NCBI GenBank assembly: GCA_028818695.1
Contig: JAPPNK010000021.1
Span: forward strand, 47,269-111,268
DNA length: 64,000 bases
Source: Candidatus Poribacteria bacterium
GTDB taxonomy: Bacteria > Poribacteria > WGA-4E > GCA-2687025
Direction: 5' to 3'
The notes under the pieces are model-generated. The model was not told the DNA's origin, did no database searches, and was given only the letters and a program-made list of their open reading frames with translations. This document shows positions 46,319 to 55,097 of this stretch, in pieces. The stretch's first letter is position 1, and each line of letters starts with the position of its first letter. A program made the translations under genes and the position numbers.

Positions 46319-46945
46319 TCAACGCCGAAGCCACTCCAGGTCGGGACGCTTGCCGATGCCTGCGGACGCTGCCGCAACCGCCGCCTTCATCGATTCGCGC
46401 GCGCGTTTCTCGCTTTCAGGCAGGTCGTGGAGGCTCTGGAGGATGCGCTCAACCCGCTCAAACGGCTCGTCGATGCGCATCTCTTTCGCGGCAAGCGTCA
46501 ATTGGGCGGAAGCCAAATCGAGCGCAGCGTCGGACGGCGGAACCGTCTGAATGTAAATCGATCCGCCGTCTCCGTCTGGGAACGCTTTGGCGCTCATGCT
46601 GCGCGGTCTGGCTCGGCTGATGTGAACGGCGACGGCGGTTCCGCTTTTGTAGATGCGCTCCCATAGGCGCGCCGACGAGAACTCTTCCATCAACAAAATC
46701 GGCGGTTTTTGACGCAGCGACTTCCACAGGCTCGCCGCAATCGTGAGCGAGACCGCTGCCATACGGCTCTCGTCGTCCTCATACAGCAGATGGCGCGGCT
46801 CCGACATCTCCACAGGGTCGGTGTAACGGAACTCAATGGGTATCCCGCGCCGATTTGCGACAAGCAGCCCCCCCGCCGACATGTTGCGCGACTCGCTGTC
46901 GATGCGCGCCAGATAACCGATCAACGCTTCCTGCGCCGTTTTCAT
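46319..46945 (-). CDS. Conserved-type hypothetical protein upstream of SNF2
   Basis: AAGGAAGG RBS; GGLLV.N..G.P.EFRYT.P....LY and EPFERV motifs. Confidence 0.7.
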   Translation of the reverse strand: MKTAQEALIGYLARIDSESRNMSAGGLLVANRRGIPIEFRYTDPVEMSEPRHLLYEDDESRMAAVSLTIAASLWKSLRQKPPILLMEEFSSARLWERIYKSGTAVAVHISRARPRSMSAKAFPDGDGGSIYIQTVPPSDAALDLASAQLTLAAKEMRIDEPFERVERILQSLHDLPESEKRARESMKAAVAAASAGIGKRPDLEWLRR

Positions 46946-47073
46946 CCGTTCCGCCTTCCTTCGTGCAACCCAATCCGCTGCAGTTTGCGCTCAAGCCTCA
47001 TACGGTTAACGTTATGCAGAGCGTTTATGATACGTTTCAACTGAAAAGAGGGGGCGCAGGAAAGGAGCGGAAG

Positions 47074-47988
47074 GTGAACGAAACGATCACGGCGATACCG
47101 GGTCTGCGGTTTGGAGTTGCCGAAAACAGAGAGGCGCGGACCGGCTGCGCCGTTTTGATCTGCGAGCGCGGAGCGACGGCCGCCGCGGCTGTCCGCGGAG
47201 GGGCGCCGGGAACGCGCGAACTGGCGGCGCTGCGCCCCGGCAACCTTGTGAAGAAGGCGCATGCGGTACTGCTCACAGGAGGGAGCGCCTTCGGGTTGGA
47301 CGCGGCGGGGGGAGTCATGGCGTATCTGGAGGAGCGGGGCGTCGGTTTTCAGGCGGGGTCTGTTCGCGTTCCGATCGTCCCTGCTGCCGCCCTGTTCGAC
47401 CTTGGCGTCGGAGATTCGCGCGTCCGGCCGGACGCCGCCATGGGCAGAGCCGCCTGCGAAAACGCCAGCTCCGCTCCCGTCCAGACGGGGCTTGTCGGCC
47501 CAGGAATCGGCGCCACGGTCGGCAAGGCGCCCGGTATGACGCCTTCAAACGGAGGTCTCGGCTCGGCGTTGAAACGCGGACCTAGAGGCTTGCTTGTCGG
47601 CGCTGTCGTAGCGGTGAACGCTGTCGGCAACGTCGTCGACCCGTCCACCGGCGGCATCGTCGCCGGCGCGCGCGACCCTGAAACCGGCGAATTGACCCCG
47701 TTTGAGCTGACCGGCGGCTTCATAGAGCGGGGCGGAACAGGTTTAAACACGACCATTGGCGTCGTCGCCGCGAACGCCGACCTGTCCCAGGGCGAAACGT
47801 ACCGCATGGCGTCCATGGCGCATGACGGCCTGGCGCGGACGATCCGCCCCGCCCACACGCTGTACGACGGCGATACCTTATTCGCGCTCGCTCTCGGCGG
47901 AGCCGAGGCGGACGCAAACGCAGCCGGAACGCTCGCGGCGGAGGCGATCGCCGAAGCGGTTTTGGCGGCTGTCCGCCCGGCTTCTTAG
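47074..47988 (+). CDS. Peptidase family S58/P1 (DmpA-like aminopeptidase)
   Basis: AAGGAG RBS, GTG start; TGC, VRGGAPGTRE, LTGGSAFGL, VPIVPAA.LFDL, NTTIGVV, AHDGLAR.I.P.HT..DGD. Confidence 0.93.
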   Translation: MNETITAIPGLRFGVAENREARTGCAVLICERGATAAAAVRGGAPGTRELAALRPGNLVKKAHAVLLTGGSAFGLDAAGGVMAYLEERGVGFQAGSVRVPIVPAAALFDLGVGDSRVRPDAAMGRAACENASSAPVQTGLVGPGIGATVGKAPGMTPSNGGLGSALKRGPRGLLVGAVVAVNAVGNVVDPSTGGIVAGARDPETGELTPFELTGGFIERGGTGLNTTIGVVAANADLSQGETYRMASMAHDGLARTIRPAHTLYDGDTLFALALGGAEADANAAGTLAAEAIAEAVLAAVRPAS

Positions 47989-48785
47989 GGAGCCAGCTTC
48001 GCCTTCAGCTGTTGAAGCGTCTCAAAGGTTGCGCGGGCGTTCGCGTTGATCTCATCCAGGTCGTCTCCGCCTAAACATTCCACATAGAGAGGACCCTGAA
48101 AGCCCGCATCCGCCAGCGCCGACAGAACCGCTTCAAAGTCGACCTCCCCCTCGCCAGGTTTGATCCAGACGTCGGGGCGTCCGTTCTGAACGACGCAGTC
48201 TTTGACGATGAAAGAGCCGACGCGGGGCGCAACTTTTTGAACATCCGGTTCAGGCCGTTCGCCGCCGGCGGTGTAATAGATAATGTTGCCGGGGTCGTAG
48301 CAGATCGAGAACGCTGGATGGCCGATCTCCTCATGAACCTGCGCGAGCATTCCGCCGTTCAAGCCGATTCCGCCGTGCGGTTTCAGCTGCAGTTCAACGC
48401 CTTTCGCCTCCGCATGCGGCGCAACGGCGCGCATGACAGCGATATACTTCTCCCGCAAATCGTCTCCGCAGCCGCAGTCCATCAGATAGCGGACGCCGGC
48501 CTCCGCGCACACATCCACCTGACGCCGATAGTCCTTCGCCGCGTCTTCTAGGTCGGCGTTCAGCTGCGGACCTGAAAGCAGCATAGACGGCTTCAGATTC
48601 CGCTTCGCCGCGATCTCAACCGTTTTGGCAATCTCGTCCGCGCCGGCGTTTGAACGCAAAAGGTGACCGTCCGCGTTCGCAAAGACAGCGACATCCGTAT
48701 ATCCCGCGTCCGCGATATGTCCGCATGCCTCTTCAAATGTCCATCGATTCCATGGGCGCGTTGTCGCGCCGAGGTTCCATTTCAA
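47985..48785 (-). CDS. Sugar phosphate isomerase/epimerase (xylose isomerase-like TIM barrel)
   Basis: IA.AGY..V, KPHGG, YDPGN, VKD, PGEG.VDF..V...L...GF.GP...E. Confidence 0.85.
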   Translation of the reverse strand: MKWNLGATTRPWNRWTFEEACGHIADAGYTDVAVFANADGHLLRSNAGADEIAKTVEIAAKRNLKPSMLLSGPQLNADLEDAAKDYRRQVDVCAEAGVRYLMDCGCGDDLREKYIAVMRAVAPHAEAKGVELQLKPHGGIGLNGGMLAQVHEEIGHPAFSICYDPGNIIYYTAGGERPEPDVQKVAPRVGSFIVKDCVVQNGRPDVWIKPGEGEVDFEAVLSALADAGFQGPLYVECLGGDDLDEINANARATFETLQQLKAKLAP

Positions 48786-48803
48786 CAGCGTTTCCTTTCT
48801 GTT

Positions 48804-49844
48804 TTATTCCGTTTCAGGCTCCAGATCTTCAGGCGTGTATTTCAAAACGATTCCCCATTCTCCTACCGCGAACGCCGACCCGGAGGGATGCGCCGCGACA
48901 GCGTACAGCTTGTGCGTAACGCCTGTGTCGGCGAACGGCCATGTCGCGCCGCCGTCCTCGGTAACAAGCGTCTTTCCGTTGTCGCCGACGATCCAGCCCA
49001 GCTTCGGCTTCTTCGTTGAAAAGGCAACCGATCGCAGGTCGTAGTAGAAGTCGTCCTTCTGCGCGTCGTTGGCTATGCGTTCCCAGGCGGCGCCGGCGTC
49101 CGTTGTGCGAAGTATGGTCGCCTCTTGACCGACGATCCAGCCCGTTTTGGGGGAGACGAATCGAATGTCGTACAGGTTTTCAACGACGTTCGCCTGGATG
49201 TCGGGCTTGTTCCACGTTGCGCCGCCGTCTGTTGACGAAAGGACGAGTCCGCCCGTGCCGACGATCCAGCCGTTCTGTTTGTCGGCGAAGGCGACCGCTT
49301 CATAAGAGATTCTGCTTTCGCCGACGCGGGTGAATCCGCCGTCCGAGATCAACTTCCAGGAGCCTGCCGCGTTTTCGGTGCGCGTGAGGGAGCTGTTGTC
49401 GCCCGCGAGAAAGAGCGTCTTGTCAGAAACGACCGCTCCAGCAATGATCCGGTTGCGCGTTCCGACATCTGTAAACTCCCACGTTTTGCCTCCGTCGTTG
49501 GAAAGGACGGAGCCTGTTCCGGCGATAAGTATGCGCTTTTTGTCGAAGGTCAGCGCGACGGAGAGCAGAGGCGAGGCGAGCCGGCGGCGGAATCTGGGCG
49601 GCACGCTCTCTGGCGGCGCGGGCATCTCCTGTTTCGTCCAGGTTTCTCCCCCGTCGTTTGTGGACAGGATCAGTCCGTTGATGCCGGCTGCCCATCCGCG
49701 TTTTTCATCTAAAAAAGAGATTGCGAGCAGGTCGCCTTCTATATTGTCGTCCCGCAAGAAGTCGTCCTGTCTCACTTCTGTCCATTTTGCGTTGGCGGAG
49801 ACAAGAACCGCTGCGCATACAACGGCGGCAATCAAATGTTTCAT
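48804..49844 (-). CDS. YCF48-related/BNR-repeat beta-propeller secreted protein
   Basis: Signal peptide; repeated F.D...GW..G..G.I..T.DGG.TW. Confidence 0.88.
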   Translation of the reverse strand: MKHLIAAVVCAAVLVSANAKWTEVRQDDFLRDDNIEGDLLAISFLDEKRGWAAGINGLILSTNDGGETWTKQEMPAPPESVPPRFRRRLASPLLSVALTFDKKRILIAGTGSVLSNDGGKTWEFTDVGTRNRIIAGAVVSDKTLFLAGDNSSLTRTENAAGSWKLISDGGFTRVGESRISYEAVAFADKQNGWIVGTGGLVLSSTDGGATWNKPDIQANVVENLYDIRFVSPKTGWIVGQEATILRTTDAGAAWERIANDAQKDDFYYDLRSVAFSTKKPKLGWIVGDNGKTLVTEDGGATWPFADTGVTHKLYAVAAHPSGSAFAVGEWGIVLKYTPEDLEPETE

Positions 49845-49862
49845 CGTTTTCCCTTCGCGCGG

Positions 49863-51071
49863 TCAAATGGCGGTGAGGAGCGAGAATCGATTCTCTCCCG
49901 TGTTCAAATCCACTAGCAGTAACATACCATACTTTGCCAGTTTGCGCGCTTCTAAGGCGTTTTCATGCACAATCCGCAGCCCTGAATAGTCGCCCCACAG
50001 AAACAGCGCATACGGCATCGGCTTGTGCGCGTCCAGGGCGAACTGTATTTTGAGCTGGTCTCTGGAACGGCGCGGCGTGAACTCAATCAGCTCCGGCGGG
50101 GAGGTTTCGGTTAAAAAGGGGGACGCGGTCGGCGGGTTCACGTAGTTGTGAAAAACGGCGGGCTGCGCATTCTCTTCGTCAAAGATGAACATCGCCCGGG
50201 CGTCCGCATAAAACAGCTCCATCTTTCCGCTTTTTTCATTTTTTTCAAAAAGCGCCGTCGGCTCCGTTTCTGGAAACCGGCTGCGGTAGAGCGGGACCGC
50301 TTCGTTCAGCGCGACATGTTGAAAGCCCATCTCGGCGGTTCGGTTCCACATATCAACGAGAGCCTGTTGCCGTTCCTCGTCCAGGTCCGCGCATGCCTCC
50401 GCCGAGAACGTCATACAGACGGCGTTCCATGCGTTCACAGATTGAGACTGCGCGACCGATTCTGCCGCTTTTAAAAACGGCTCCGTTTCCAGCTCCGCCG
50501 CGCGCGGTTCCGGGGGGACGCGCCTCCAGAATGTCAACGGCTTCGTCTCGCGCGGAATTGCCGCAATAGAGCTAGAGGGGGGTCCGCCTGACTGGCTCCG
50601 CTCTCGGCTTGGATAAAAGAAGGAGAACGGGCAGCCTCGATCCATCGCCCGCTTCGACGCCTCGTTCCATCGGTACCCCCATAACCCTGTAAACCGCAGC
50701 GTCTCCAGCGCCTCAATCAGCGGCGCGGTTTTCATGTCGGCGCCGGCGAGGCTCAGATCGGCGTCCGGCAGCGCCTTTTGGACAAGCTCCCGTTCCCGCG
50801 CGATTTTTTGCGGCAGCTCCATCCGTTGCCGCACGCGCGCTTCGGCGTCGTCGTCCGGATGCGTCCAGCCGCGCGTGTTTAACATGAGTACCAGCCCGTC
50901 GCCCGTCCGTTTGCGCAGCCATTCGCCCGCTTCGCTCCGCGCGGTTGAAACGTCGATCGCCCATGTGATCGGGACGCCGCGTTCGTCGGCGGCTTCGGCG
51001 GCGTTTTTCATTCCGCGCAGCGCCGTTTCGGCAAGGCTCCCTGCCGCGTCCACAACGAGGCTGGCGATCAT
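49863..51071 (-). CDS. Hypothetical protein (possible carbohydrate-active barrel fold)
   Basis: 402 aa ORF overlapping the upstream gene; PITWA, GLWGY.W, DRGCPF..FYPS. Confidence 0.6.
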   Translation of the reverse strand: MIASLVVDAAGSLAETALRGMKNAAEAADERGVPITWAIDVSTARSEAGEWLRKRTGDGLVLMLNTRGWTHPDDDAEARVRQRMELPQKIARERELVQKALPDADLSLAGADMKTAPLIEALETLRFTGLWGYRWNEASKRAMDRGCPFSFFYPSRERSQSGGPPSSSIAAIPRETKPLTFWRRVPPEPRAAELETEPFLKAAESVAQSQSVNAWNAVCMTFSAEACADLDEERQQALVDMWNRTAEMGFQHVALNEAVPLYRSRFPETEPTALFEKNEKSGKMELFYADARAMFIFDEENAQPAVFHNYVNPPTASPFLTETSPPELIEFTPRRSRDQLKIQFALDAHKPMPYALFLWGDYSGLRIVHENALEARKLAKYGMLLLVDLNTGENRFSLLTAI

Positions 51072-51919
51072 GCCCCGTTCATTTCCCGCGCCGTCAGCCG
51101 CGCGAGCGCCTTTTGAACCGCCTCTGTGACGGGCCGCCGCAGCCCCGCGTTCCCGATGCGCCGTCCGTTCAACCGCGCGAGCGGCATGACCCCGCCCGCC
51201 GCGCTGGTCAGGAACGCCTCCTCCGCCCGCTCCAGCTCCCGCGCCTGGATTATTTCTTCACAGGCGCCGACGCCGCATTCCCGCGCCGCTTCCAGAACCG
51301 CCTTGCGCGTGACGCCGGACAGTATCGGCAGATCGGCGGGCGGCGTCGCAAGCGCGCTGTTTTTAACAATGAACAGATTGGCGGTTGAAGCCTCCAAGAC
51401 GCTGCCGCTTCGGTCTATTAAAACCGCTTCATCGCAGCCGGCGCGGAGGGCGGCCTGCTTCGCCAAAAGCAGAGGCGCATAGTTGAGCGTCTTATGCCGG
51501 GCGCATTCTCCTCTTTCCGCCAAAAAAGAGACGGCGGAAAGCCCCGCTTCCAACTTCTCTTCACAGTACAGCAAGGGGCGCATATGAACGATGTTGATCA
51601 GCTCCCCGTCGGTGCCGAGGGCGGATGTCCATCGGACGGCGGCGTCTTCGTTCAGGCGGTTCGCTTCGGCGGTCGTCTCGGCGGCGCGTTTCATGGCTTC
51701 GGGATCGGCGGACGGGGCGGGCATATTCAGGTATCGAAGGGCGCGCGCCATTCGCTGCGCATGCTCATGAAGCCGGAAGACGCCTTTTCCGACGCGCCAG
51801 CGCGCCGTCTCAAACGCGCCGACGCCGTATAAAAAACCGGGCGAGAGCGCCGGTACGGCGGCGTCGCAGCCGCGCTGAATCTTCCCGTCCTGCCAGATAT
51901 ACGGATGCGCCTTTAACAT
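51068..51919 (-). CDS. Class IV aminotransferase (IlvE/PabC/D-amino acid transaminase family)
   Basis: GFLYG.G.FET, L..H..RM, HKTLNY (PLP Lys), EA..ANLF, ILSG.TR, EEAFLTS. Confidence 0.92.
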   Translation of the reverse strand: MLKAHPYIWQDGKIQRGCDAAVPALSPGFLYGVGAFETARWRVGKGVFRLHEHAQRMARALRYLNMPAPSADPEAMKRAAETTAEANRLNEDAAVRWTSALGTDGELINIVHMRPLLYCEEKLEAGLSAVSFLAERGECARHKTLNYAPLLLAKQAALRAGCDEAVLIDRSGSVLEASTANLFIVKNSALATPPADLPILSGVTRKAVLEAARECGVGACEEIIQARELERAEEAFLTSAAGGVMPLARLNGRRIGNAGLRRPVTEAVQKALARLTAREMNGA

Positions 51920-51928
51920 GATCCGAAG

Positions 51929-53224
51929 CTATCGGAAACGTCTGCCTGGCGGCATTTCAGGCTCCTTTTGCGGGGGAGGCGGCGTGTGAGACGCATCGGC
52001 GAGGCGCGCCATCTCCGCGGCAAGCTGCGGATGTTCGCCTGCAAGGTCGGTGGTTTCGTTCGGGTCGTTTTCGAGGTCGTACAACTCAAACGGCTCGTCG
52101 AGGCTCATCCGCGCGATCTTCCATTTCCCTTGCCGGACAGCCTGTTGAAGCCCTCTTTCGGCGTAGGTCTGCTTTTGCCAGTTGGCGACCCGCCTGTATT
52201 CCCAGTAAAGAAACCCGCGCTCCGTTTGCCGTTCGCTCTCGCCTAAGAACGAAGGCGCGATGGAAACGCCGTCCATGTTTGGCGGAAGGGGGGCGCCGGC
52301 AATCTCTGCCGCCGTCGGCAGAAAGTCCGGGAAATAGGTCGGAAAGGCGCATACGGAGTTCGGCTCAATGCGCCCCGGCCAACGCGCCGCGAACGGAACC
52401 CGTATCCCGCCTTCGTACAGGTTTCCTTTGGCGCCTTTCATCTCGCGGTTCGGTTTAAAGAAGTCGTTGAACTCGCGCCCGCCGCCGTTGTCGGAAGCGA
52501 ACAGCAGGAGCGTGTTTTCGGTCAGGTTCAGCTCGTCCAGCAGGTCCAGAATCTCCCCGGCATGCCGGTCAACCATGCTGATCATGGCGGCTCTTCTTCT
52601 GGGACCTTCTTCCCATGGACGGTCTCGGTATTGCGCCCAGCCTGGGTCGCTGTCCGGTATCTCAAAGCGGCCATGCGGCGGCGTGTACGGGAGATAGCAG
52701 AAGAAGGGGCGGTCTCGGTTTTGGCGGATGAACCGCTTCGCCTCGTCCTGGATCAGATACTGGGAATAGGCGCCTTCTTCTAGATCAACTCTTTCGCCGT
52801 TGCGCCACAGGTAGCCGGTGAAGTAGGTGTGGGCGTGGACCTGGTGATAGTAGCCGTAGAACAGGTCGAAGCCATGTTTTTCGGGGACGCCGTCGGTTCC
52901 CGCGTCTCCACAGCCCCATTTGCCGAATCCGCCGGTTGCGTAGCCCGCGTCTTTGAGCATTTGGGCGGCGGTGAAATCCTCCTTCAGGAGCGGGATGCCG
53001 CCTAAGTTGCCCCGCACGGAGGTATGCCCTGTGTGCTGCCCCGTCATGAGCGCGCTTCGGGCGGGCGCGCAGACAGGCGCGCCGGAGTAGGCGTTCTCAA
53101 AACGCATGCCGCTTTGAATGAGCCGGTCAAGGTTGGGCGTTTCGAGCGTCGGATGCCCTAAGCAGGAGAGCTCGTAGGGGCCGAGGTCGTCTAGGAGCAG
53201 GTACACGATGTTGGGCTTGTTCAT
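51929..53224 (-). CDS. Arylsulfatase (formylglycine-dependent, Cys type)
   Basis: Start MNKPNIV; DDLG, TPNLD, CAPARSALMTG (CxPxR), GKWG, PH, SDNG, YEGGIRVP, ELYDL..DP.E. Confidence 0.95.
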   Translation of the reverse strand: MNKPNIVYLLLDDLGPYELSCLGHPTLETPNLDRLIQSGMRFENAYSGAPVCAPARSALMTGQHTGHTSVRGNLGGIPLLKEDFTAAQMLKDAGYATGGFGKWGCGDAGTDGVPEKHGFDLFYGYYHQVHAHTYFTGYLWRNGERVDLEEGAYSQYLIQDEAKRFIRQNRDRPFFCYLPYTPPHGRFEIPDSDPGWAQYRDRPWEEGPRRRAAMISMVDRHAGEILDLLDELNLTENTLLLFASDNGGGREFNDFFKPNREMKGAKGNLYEGGIRVPFAARWPGRIEPNSVCAFPTYFPDFLPTAAEIAGAPLPPNMDGVSIAPSFLGESERQTERGFLYWEYRRVANWQKQTYAERGLQQAVRQGKWKIARMSLDEPFELYDLENDPNETTDLAGEHPQLAAEMARLADASHTPPPPQKEPEMPPGRRFR

Positions 53225-53305
53225 GCGCTTCGCCTTTGGAGAATTGCCGTTGCGCGCTATTGTAGGGGGAGGCGGCGGTTTGCGCAAGGGCGGTCGTCCC
53301 AGCCC

Positions 53306-53335
53306 GTCATTCAGGCGCAGGCGGGACGGGAATCC
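53306..53335. repeat. Degenerate REP-like palindromic element
   Basis: GTCATTCAGGCGCAGGCGGGACGGGAATCC resembles GTCATTCCCGCG.AGGCGGGAATCC-type elements; a related core TCCCGCTTGCGCGGGA lies at ~39892-39907. Confidence 0.4.
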
Positions 53336-53354
53336 TTAAAGCGTTCTTTTCCGT

Positions 53355-54965
53355 TTACTCTTCCCGCCCTCCAAGCAATTCGGCGATCTCGTCCGGGATG
53401 GAAATGCCCGATTCTTCTTCAAACTGCTTCACGCTTCCGTATTCATGCCTGAACTGGGCGGCCATTTCAACCCGCCTGCTCTCGTCTGCTTCCAGGTCCG
53501 ATTTAGCCTCTTCCCATTTCTGAACCTGTATATGCATCAAAGCGCGCATATAGTAAGGCTCCACTTGATCGGGATCGCTCTCGATCGCCTTTGTCCAGTC
53601 TGGCTCCGCCTTCTCGAATTTGCCCATGTGGGTGTATGCGGAAGCGCGAACGAGATAAGCTTCAACAAAGCCTGGCTGTATTTCAAGCGCCCTACTGCAG
53701 TCCGGAACTGCCTTTTCAAACTCGCCCATGTTGAGATATAAAATGGCGCGGTTGACATGGGCTTTGGGATGATCAGCCTGCAGCTCAAGCGCCTTGCCGA
53801 TGTCCGCAGCCGCTTTTTCGTATTCGTCCATGGTCTTGTATGCGCCGGCGCGGTTGATATAAGCGTCGACAAAGTCCGGTTGAATCTGGATCGCCTTTTC
53901 GCTGTCTTCAAGCGCCTGTTCTGCCTTGCCCATGCCGAGATAGGCGCCGGCGCGGTTGCTGTACGCCGCGGCGTAGGGGCTGCCGCGCAAAAAACGGGGC
54001 GACACATCAGGCTCCATTTCAATCGCCTTGCTCAATTCCTCAACCGCCTTCTTGTATTCGCCCTCTAGCAGATATTCTGTCCCGCGCCGAAGATAGTCGC
54101 CCGCTTTTTCAACCGCTTCCCTGTCTCTGCCGAGCATTTCAGCGAGGTCGGCCGGCAACGGAACGCCCATTTCCCGCTCAAAATCCTCGACGCTTCCGAA
54201 ATTGCGGCGAAAATTGCCGACCGTGTTAAAGCCCAAGCTTTCGGCTCTCGCCAGGTCTGATCTGGCGTCTTCCCACTGCTGTAGGCGCAGGTGAACGTGA
54301 GCGCGGTTGTTCCATGCCATTGCGTTGCTCGGCGCGATCTCAACCGCCCTGCTATAGTCTGCGGCAGCGCTCTCCAGATCGTCTTTTTGATCATATAGAC
54401 GGCCTCGGTTGATCAGCGCGTTGACGAATTCAGGCCTGAACTCCGCCGCCTTGCCAAAATCGGCGATCGCTTCGTCGATAGCGCCTTTCTTTCTGTACAT
54501 TGAGCCTCGGTTGTAATAGGCGACGACGTCGTCCGGTCTCAACTCAATGGCCTTCGTGTGGTCTCTTTCCGCTTGATCCATCTTGCCAATATAGAAGTAG
54601 GCGACGCCGCGGACAATGTAGGCATCGGGCGATTCAGGGTAAAGCTTGATCGTCTTGTTGAAGTCCGCGATCGCTTTCCGATACTTCCCGATGTCGATAT
54701 ACGCGCGGCCGCGGGAGTAAAGCGCCTGGAAAGGGTCGGAAGCGAACTTGACCGCCTTGGTGAAATCGGCGACCGCCTTCCGATGATCCCCCTTGTCAGA
54801 ATAAGCGAATGCCCGATTCAGATACGCCGAATTATTTTTTCGCTCCAGCTGAATCGCTTTGGTGAAATCCGCAATGGCGCTTTCCAGTTTTCCTTCGCGT
54901 TTCAAATTGTTGCCGCGGCGGATATACTCCTCCGCAGAGTTCAGCGCGCCGCTTGCGTTGTTCAT
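53355..54965 (-). CDS. Cytoplasmic TPR-repeat protein with a duplicated C-terminal cap motif
   Basis: Many AY.NRG..Y...G....A..D..KAI...P repeats; cap FR...GSV..FE.E.G...P...AE.LG occurs twice. Confidence 0.92.
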   Translation of the reverse strand: MNNASGALNSAEEYIRRGNNLKREGKLESAIADFTKAIQLERKNNSAYLNRAFAYSDKGDHRKAVADFTKAVKFASDPFQALYSRGRAYIDIGKYRKAIADFNKTIKLYPESPDAYIVRGVAYFYIGKMDQAERDHTKAIELRPDDVVAYYNRGSMYRKKGAIDEAIADFGKAAEFRPEFVNALINRGRLYDQKDDLESAAADYSRAVEIAPSNAMAWNNRAHVHLRLQQWEDARSDLARAESLGFNTVGNFRRNFGSVEDFEREMGVPLPADLAEMLGRDREAVEKAGDYLRRGTEYLLEGEYKKAVEELSKAIEMEPDVSPRFLRGSPYAAAYSNRAGAYLGMGKAEQALEDSEKAIQIQPDFVDAYINRAGAYKTMDEYEKAAADIGKALELQADHPKAHVNRAILYLNMGEFEKAVPDCSRALEIQPGFVEAYLVRASAYTHMGKFEKAEPDWTKAIESDPDQVEPYYMRALMHIQVQKWEEAKSDLEADESRRVEMAAQFRHEYGSVKQFEEESGISIPDEIAELLGGREE

Positions 54966-55097
54966 GGCACCTTCCCTTTCGCAATGTTAAGATCGCGTAT
55001 TTCGTTGTCGAAGTCAAGCGCACGGATGGAAGGCGCCGCCTATAAGCGCTTACGCTGCGCGCCGCAATGTGCGACACTAAGGCAAGAGGGGTCAAAC

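Noticed and set aside
48804-49844. Photosynthesis gene (YCF48/HCF136)
   Set aside because: Generic BNR-type propeller common in non-phototrophs; no photosystem genes nearby.
54558-55097. 180 aa N-terminal extension of the membrane protein
   Set aside because: Mostly antisense to the TPR gene; a good RBS and ATG lie at 55098.
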